Positions 58,590-64,000 of a stretch of DNA of 64,000 bases are shown in pieces (within the stretch, counting starts at the first letter, position 1; each line of letters starts with the position of its first letter). The position numbers and the translations under genes were made by a program. Under the pieces are notes generated by a model. It worked only from the letters and a program-made list of their open reading frames with translations. It did no database searches and was not told the DNA's origin. Source of the DNA: an uncultured Actinomycetota bacterium (GTDB lineage Bacteria; Actinomycetota; Actinomycetes; JAHEKZ01); NCBI GenBank assembly GCA_963743915.1, contig CAVURN010000002.1, positions 338,247 through 402,246 on the forward strand. Direction: 5' to 3'.

Positions 58590-59829
58590 GCCGGGGACTC
58601 CGTGGCGTCGATGCCGAACCAGCGCGCGGCCGTCGCGACGTCCTTGTCGCCGCGCCCGGAGAGGTTCACGACCAGCACCGCGTCGGGACCGAGCTCGCGA
58701 CCGACGTGCAGAGCGCCGGCGAGCGCGTGGGCCGACTCGATGGCGGGGATGATGCCCTCGGTGCGGCAGAGCAGGGCGAAGGCCTCCATCGCCTCGGCGT
58801 CGGTGACCGGACGGTAGGTGGCGCGCCCGGTCTGGTGGAGCCAGGCGTGCTCGGGCCGACCCCCGGGTAGTCGAGCCCGGCCGAGATCGAGTGGCTCTCG
58901 ACGGTCTGTCCCATGTCGTCCTGCAGCAGGAACGACCGGGCGCCGTGCAGCACCCCGGGCGCACCTCCGGTGATGGTCGCCGCGTGCCGGCCCGTCGCGA
59001 CGCCCTCGCCTCCGGCCTCGAACCCGATGAGGGCGACGTCGGTGTCGTCACGGAAGGCGTGGAAGATGCCGATCGCGTTCGAGCCGCCACCGACGCAGGC
59101 GAGCACCGCGTCCGGCAGGCGTCCGACCAGGTCGAGCGTCTGCTGCCGCGCCTCTTCGCCGATCACCTTGTGGAACTCGCGCACCATCACCGGGAACGGG
59201 TGCGGTCCGGCCACGGTGCCCAGGAGGTAGTGCGTGGTGTCGACGTTGGTGACCCAGTCGCGCATCGCCTCGTTGATCGCGTCCTTGAGGGTGCGTGAGC
59301 CGCTCGTGACCGGGACCACCTCGGCACCGAGCAGCTGCATCCGGACGACGTTGAGCGCCTGGCGTCTGGTGTCCTCCTCCCCCATGTAGACCACGCACTC
59401 GAGACCGAGCAGGGCGCAGGCCGTCGCCGTGGCGACTCCGTGCTGGCCGGCTCCGGTCTCGGCGATCACCCGCGTCTTGCCCATGCGCCGGGTGAGGAGC
59501 GCCTGGCCCAGCACATTGTTGATCTTGTGCGACCCGGTGTGGTTGAGGTCCTCTCGCTTGAGCAGGATGCGGGCCCCGCCCGCGTGCTCGGAGAGCCGGG
59601 TCGCGTCGGTCAGCGGGCTCGGTCGTCCGGTGTAGGTGCGCTGCAGGTGGTCCAGCTCGGCCAGGAACGCGGGATCGACCCAGGCGGCCTCGAAGGCCGC
59701 GTTGAGCTCGTCGAGGGCGGCGACGAGCGCCTCGGGGACGAAGCGCCCACCGAACTGCCCCCAGTGACCGGTGGCGTCCGGCGCGTGCCCCACCTGGGTC
59801 GTCGCGGGATGGTCGAGGTCGGTGGTCAC
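58586..59829 (-). pseudogene. trpB: Tryptophan synthase beta chain, one frame break (about 58853, apparent 1-nt deletion)
   Basis: ORF 58666-59829 reads ...[11 protein letters not shown]...GGGSNAIG...[11 protein letters not shown], then slips to [25 protein letters not shown]... (ORF 58586-58789). Confidence 0.93.
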
Positions 59830-60640
59830 GGTGTCCCTCTCGACGACGTCGGGTGTGCTCCGGCAGCGACCAGGTCGGCGACCGCGCTGCGCGGGTCGGC
59901 GCCGATGACGAGCGCCTCACCGACGAGGACGGCGTGCGCGCCCTTGCTGGGCGTAGCCGATCACGTCGGCCGGTGATCGGATGCCGGACTCGGCGACGCG
60001 CAGCACCTCGGTCGGGATCGAGGGCGCCACCCGCGCGAACGTCGACGGGTCGACCTCGAGCGTCGTGAGGTCGCGGGCGTTGACCCCGATGAGGCGCGCT
60101 CCCGCGTCGACGGCCCGCGCCACCTCGTCGGTGTCGTGCACCTCGACCAGCGGCGTGAGACCCAGCGACTCCGCACGTTCCACGAGCGAGACCAGGGCAG
60201 GCTGCTCCAGCGCCGCGACGATGAGCAGGACCAGGTCGGCACCGGCCTCGCGCGCCTCCCACAGCTGGTAGCTGGTGACGATGAAGTCCTTGCGGAGCAC
60301 GGGGACGTCGACGGCGTCGCGCACCGCCCGGAGGTCAGCGAGGCTTCCGCCGAAACGCCGACCCTCGGTCAGCACCGAGATCGCATGCCGCGCCACCATC
60401 GGCGTACTGCCGGGCCAGTGCCGCCGGGTCGGCGATGCCGGCCAGCGCACCCTTGGACGGGGATGCGCGCTTCACCTCGGCGATGACCGCGGTGCCCGGG
60501 TGCTCGCGCAGCAGCGCGGCGGCGTCGCGCGGGGCCGGGGCGTCCGCCGCCGCGGCCTTGACCACGTCGAGCGGACGGACGGCCTCACGGGCGGCGAGGT
60601 CCTCGCGCACGCCGGCGACGATCTCGTCCAGAACGCTCAT
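59826..60640 (-). pseudogene. trpC: Indole-3-glycerol-phosphate synthase, two frame breaks (about 60389, about 59950)
   Basis: The pieces are [34 protein letters not shown] / [34 protein letters not shown] / ..[13 protein letters not shown]. The stop overlaps the trpB GTG. Confidence 0.9.
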
Positions 60641-60703
60641 CGACCCAGGGTATCGGCGGGATGCGGCCAACTGCGGCGGCAGGGTCGGCGGACGCCGGGT
60701 CGG

Positions 60704-61045
60704 TCAGGTGCTCGCCAACGCCCCGACGACCAGCAGGAGGAGAAGCGCCAGGACCCCGAGCGCCAGCAGCGCGACCGCGACCCAACCGAGGATGATGCCG
60801 ACCTTGGCCAGCCCCTCGCCCCCGAGCCGGCCACCAGACGCCGCGATCTCGTCGTTGGCCTGCTTGCCGACGATGATCGCTGCCACCCCGAGCACCTGGC
60901 AGGTCACGAGGCCGAGGATGCCCAGCACCAGTGCCGTGACCGCCTTGCCGGAGTTCGGAGGCGGTGCGCCGTAGGGCTGACCCGGCGGCACCCCCGGCAC
61001 CCCCGGCGGCGGGGGTGGTGGGGGCGGGGGTGCCTCGTAGCTCAT
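60704..61045 (-). CDS. DUF4190-like small membrane protein with poly-proline N-terminus
   Basis: Starts MSYEAPPPPPPPPPGVPGVPPGQPYGAPPPNSG, followed by two TM helices (ALVLGILGLV.., VGIILGWVAVALLALGVLALLLLLVV). Confidence 0.65.
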   Translation of the reverse strand: MSYEAPPPPPPPPPGVPGVPPGQPYGAPPPNSGKAVTALVLGILGLVTCQVLGVAAIIVGKQANDEIAASGGRLGGEGLAKVGIILGWVAVALLALGVLALLLLLVVGALAST

Positions 61046-61094
61046 GCCGACAACCTCGGTTCGGGGGACGAAGCGGTTCGGGGGACGGTGAGGA

Positions 61095-61817
61095 TCAGGC
61101 CATCTCGACGACGGAGCCGCCACTGAGCCGGCGCCAGGCGTAGGCGACCGCGATCGCCGTGATCGGGTAGGTGACGAAGAGCCCGATGCCGCACAGCAGC
61201 GCGCCGGCGAAGTTGATGAGCAGCGTCAGGATGAACAGCAGCAGCAGCGACCCCACGTTGGCGGAGACGAGCTGCCAGGACATCTTCATCGCCTCGATGC
61301 CGTCGTCTGTACGTCCGTCGACGATCGCATAGCCGTAGAACGCGAAGAGGAAGGCGAGGATGAGCCCCGGGATGATGCACAGCAGGAACCCGACCCCGAC
61401 GGCGAGGCCGACCAGGATCGACGCGATCAGGTACGGAACCAGTCCCTCGGTCTGGAAGAGCATCCCGACCTCGGGGGTCCGTCCGTCGACGACGGCCAGC
61501 GCGGCCCGGATCAGACCCATCGCGAGGATCAGCGACACGACCGTGGTGAAGATGTTCCAGACCATCACGATCACCCAGCTGTCCAGGATCCACTGCCCGG
61601 CCAGCGAGAGACCGAACGAGACCAGGACGACGACGAGCGCGATGAGGATCAGCGCGCCGGCGTTGCGGGTGAACCCGTTCCAGCCGTAGCTGATGGCGGC
61701 ACCGGCGTCCAAGGGGGCACCGGAGGGTCCTGGGGGCGGCGGCGATCCGGGGCCTGGCGGCATGCCGGGCGGCGGCGGGACGTCTCCGGGCGGCGGCGGG
61801 GGCGTGTAGTCGGACAT
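61095..61817 (-). CDS. Integral membrane protein with proline-rich N-terminus (family not recognised with certainty)
   Basis: Starts MSDYTPPPPPGDVPPPPGMPPGPGSPPPPGP, followed by about five TM helices. 240 aa. Confidence 0.6.
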   Translation of the reverse strand: MSDYTPPPPPGDVPPPPGMPPGPGSPPPPGPSGAPLDAGAAISYGWNGFTRNAGALILIALVVVLVSFGLSLAGQWILDSWVIVMVWNIFTTVVSLILAMGLIRAALAVVDGRTPEVGMLFQTEGLVPYLIASILVGLAVGVGFLLCIIPGLILAFLFAFYGYAIVDGRTDDGIEAMKMSWQLVSANVGSLLLLFILTLLINFAGALLCGIGLFVTYPITAIAVAYAWRRLSGGSVVEMA

Positions 61818-61938
61818 GGTTCCTCGATTCGGTCCCTCGGGCGGAGGGGGCACCCTCCGGGCCGGTCGCGACGACCTACCGAGGGCTCACGCTAGCGAGC
61901 CTCGGTGCGAAACGGGGGGATTTGCCGCCGCGTCCGCC

Positions 61939-62373
61939 TCAGGCGGTGGAGGAGAGCCACGGGAACCAGGGCAGGTTGCGGACGACGCCGAACAGGATCG
62001 TGGCCACCAGGACGCTGCCCCACAGCCAGCGCGCGCCCCGCGCGCCGGTCAGCGAGCGCCCCCGCGCCGCGCTCACCGCGAGGACCGCTCCCACCAGCAG
62101 GAAGAGCGGCAGCAGCAGGTTGAAGTCGAGGGCAGCACCGACGTCCCCCTGGAGCAGGGCGTGCGTGCCCCGCAACCCCCCGCAGAGCGGGCAGTCCAGA
62201 CCGGTCAGCGCCCGGAGGGGGCAGACGCCGTACGCACCGGGGGTGTTGGGGTCGCGGGCCAGCAGCAGGCCGGTCGCCGCGGCTCCGCCGGCCACCCAGG
62301 CAGCGACCCGCCAGGTGCTGCGACCCGGGCGCAGGCTTCCGGAGCGGGTCGGCGACGGCTGCAGCGCGGTCAT
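61939..62373 (-). CDS. DUF2752-like membrane protein
   Basis: Starts MTALQPS. Has the motif GVCPLRALTGLDCPLCGGLRGTHALL typical of DUF2752, plus TM helices. Confidence 0.7.
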   Translation of the reverse strand: MTALQPSPTRSGSLRPGRSTWRVAAWVAGGAAATGLLLARDPNTPGAYGVCPLRALTGLDCPLCGGLRGTHALLQGDVGAALDFNLLLPLFLLVGAVLAVSAARGRSLTGARGARWLWGSVLVATILFGVVRNLPWFPWLSSTA

Positions 62374-62389
62374 GGCCTCGGCGGTGCGC

Positions 62390-62617
62390 TCAGGCCGCCG
62401 CCGACTGCGACGGCGGCGTGGGGTGGGCACCCATGCCCATCATCTGCATCACCTTGCCGGCGACCACTCCGACGACCACGAGGGCGCAGCCGACCCAGAA
62501 GAGCCAGGGCTGCGACAGCAGCACGCCGATCCCACCGACGACGAAGGCCACCATGACGATGGTGACGGCGGTCCATGCAGCCGGGGTGGATCCGTGGTCG
62601 TCGTGCGCGGCGGACAT
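62390..62617 (-). CDS. HGxxPAAW-family small membrane protein
   Basis: 75 aa: MSAAHDDHGSTPAAWTAVTIVMVAF, with two TM helices. Confidence 0.7.
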   Translation of the reverse strand: MSAAHDDHGSTPAAWTAVTIVMVAFVVGGIGVLLSQPWLFWVGCALVVVGVVAGKVMQMMGMGAHPTPPSQSAAA

Positions 62618-62682
62618 CGGTTCTCCTTGTAGGTCGGAAGCTCACCCATTCTGGCACTGCGTGGGGCAGAAGTCCCGGCAGG

Positions 62683-63120
62683 TCAGCGTTCCGGCGACTC
62701 GCTCGTCGGGTCCTCTCCCCGGTCCAACGCCTTCCAGAGGTCACGCGGATCGGAGACGGTCTCGGCAGCGGGCCCGCCGCGTTCGTAGCGTCTCGAGAGT
62801 GGTGGCCACGACGGTCCGCGCCACGCCAGGAGGACGCCCGCCACACCCATCGTCCCGGCCGCCGTCCAGGCGGCCAGGTCTGCTGCGTCGGCGCTGAGGA
62901 GTGGGGCGAGCACCGCAGCGATCCCCACGACGAGACCGAGCGGCAGCCGCCCGCGTGGTGGGACCGCGAACAGCGCCGGAACCGTCGCGACGGCAAGCAC
63001 CGTCAGCCCGCTCGCGGCAGCGACATCACTCGCGAGTCCGGCCACCGCGGACACCGCCAGCAGCACGAGCACCGGCCCTCGACCTGCGAGTCGTTGCCGA
63101 CCGGTCGCGACGCCTGTCAT
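62683..63120 (-). CDS. Trp-biosynthesis-associated membrane protein (TIGR02234-type)
   Basis: 145 aa with several TM helices, immediately downstream of trpE as in other actinobacteria. Confidence 0.7.
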   Translation of the reverse strand: MTGVATGRQRLAGRGPVLVLLAVSAVAGLASDVAAASGLTVLAVATVPALFAVPPRGRLPLGLVVGIAAVLAPLLSADAADLAAWTAAGTMGVAGVLLAWRGPSWPPLSRRYERGGPAAETVSDPRDLWKALDRGEDPTSESPER

Positions 63121-63127
63121 CGGCGGT

Positions 63128-64000
63128 TCACGGGGCCCGCAGCGTGGCAGCGGTGGCGACGGCTCGCAGGACGGCGGTGGCCTTGTTCACCGACTCGCGG
63201 TGCTCCGCCTCGGGGTCGGAGTCGGCCACGATGCCTCCACCGGCCTGGACGTAGGCCCGACCCGTCGCGGAGCAGCGCGGTGCGGATGGCGATCGCCATG
63301 TCCATGTCGCCGGCGAAGTCGAGGTAGCCGACCGTCCCCCCGTACAGGCCACGTCGACTCGGCTCGAGCTCGTCGATGAGCTCCATCGCCCGCACCTTGG
63401 GAGCGCCCGACAGCGTGCCTGCCGGAAAGGTGGCGGCCAGCACGTCGAACGCCGTGCGGCCCGGGGCGATCTCACCGACCACCGTCGACACGATGTGCAT
63501 GACGTGCGAGTAGCGCTCGACCGACATGAAGTCGACGACCTCGACCGTGCCCGCGCTGCAGACGCGTCCGAGGTCGTTGCGGGCCAGGTCGACCAGCATG
63601 AGGTGCTCGGCCCGCTCCTTCTCGTCGGCGAGCAGGTCGGAGGCGAGGGCGGCGTCCTGCTCGGGTGTCTCCCCGCGCCAACGGGTACCTGCGATGGGGT
63701 GCGCCAGGGCACGGCCCTCCGCCACCTTGACGAGTGCCTCGGGGCTGGACCCCACGATGTCGAACCCCTCGAAGCGCAGCAGGTACATGTAGGGGCTCGG
63801 ATTCACCGCGCGCAGCACGCGGTACACGTCGAGCGCATCGGCCGGACAGTCGATCTCGAACCGCTGGCTGACCACGACCTGGAACGCGTCCCCGTCGCGG
63901 ATCGCTTCCTTCGCCTGCTCAACCGCGTGCAGGAAGTCCGCGTGCTCGGTGCGCGAGCTGTACCGAAGCGGCACGTCGGCGTCGACGACGGCGACCGTGG
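63128..64000 (-). pseudogene. trpE: Anthranilate synthase component I, 3' part (gene continues beyond the window), one frame break (about 63262)
   Basis: ORF 63117-63974 reads ...[77 protein letters not shown], then slips to [23 protein letters not shown]...* (ORF 63128-63712). Confidence 0.92.

Overview
This window is a conserved core-chromosome segment of a very GC-rich actinobacterium. The gene order matches the Mycobacterium/Streptomyces backbone; a Nocardioidaceae-like origin is only a low-confidence guess. Nearly everything lies on the minus strand.

Gene content, in order: the 5' end of 23S rRNA, the ITS and a complete 16S rRNA; tyrS; a 3-methyladenine glycosylase; an arginine operon argCJB-RGH with no argD/argF; pheST; a PAS histidine kinase; rplT-rpmI-infC; hisEG; the FMN-riboswitch-controlled ribD-ribE-ribBA-ribH operon; rpe; rsmB-fmt-def; priA; metK; coaBC; rpoZ; gmk; mihF; the pyrimidine operon pyrR-pyrB-pyrC-x-carAB-pyrK-pyrD-pyrF; bldD; pyk; lgt; and trpE-(five small membrane proteins)-trpCBA-mauE-dsbA.

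Accessory content is small. It consists of two paralogous DUF222/HNH endonuclease genes, each behind a perfect TCGAAC-N4-GTTCGA LexA box, plus an AbiEi-N/DUF559-type gene, a GGDEF cyclase, a VIT transporter and an aquaporin.

I count about 20 single-nucleotide reading-frame breaks in otherwise well-conserved genes, including essential tyrS. They cluster in the his and trp genes and are most likely assembly indels.

I found no convincing novel multi-gene system: no CRISPR, no transposase or integrase, no defence island. The most interesting items are regulatory (SOS boxes, a tandem BldD-box-like repeat, candidate leaderless promoters, PyrR and FMN RNA elements) and the uncharacterised membrane-protein cluster inside the trp operon. 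Coordinates of short motifs were read by eye and may be off by 1-2 nt.
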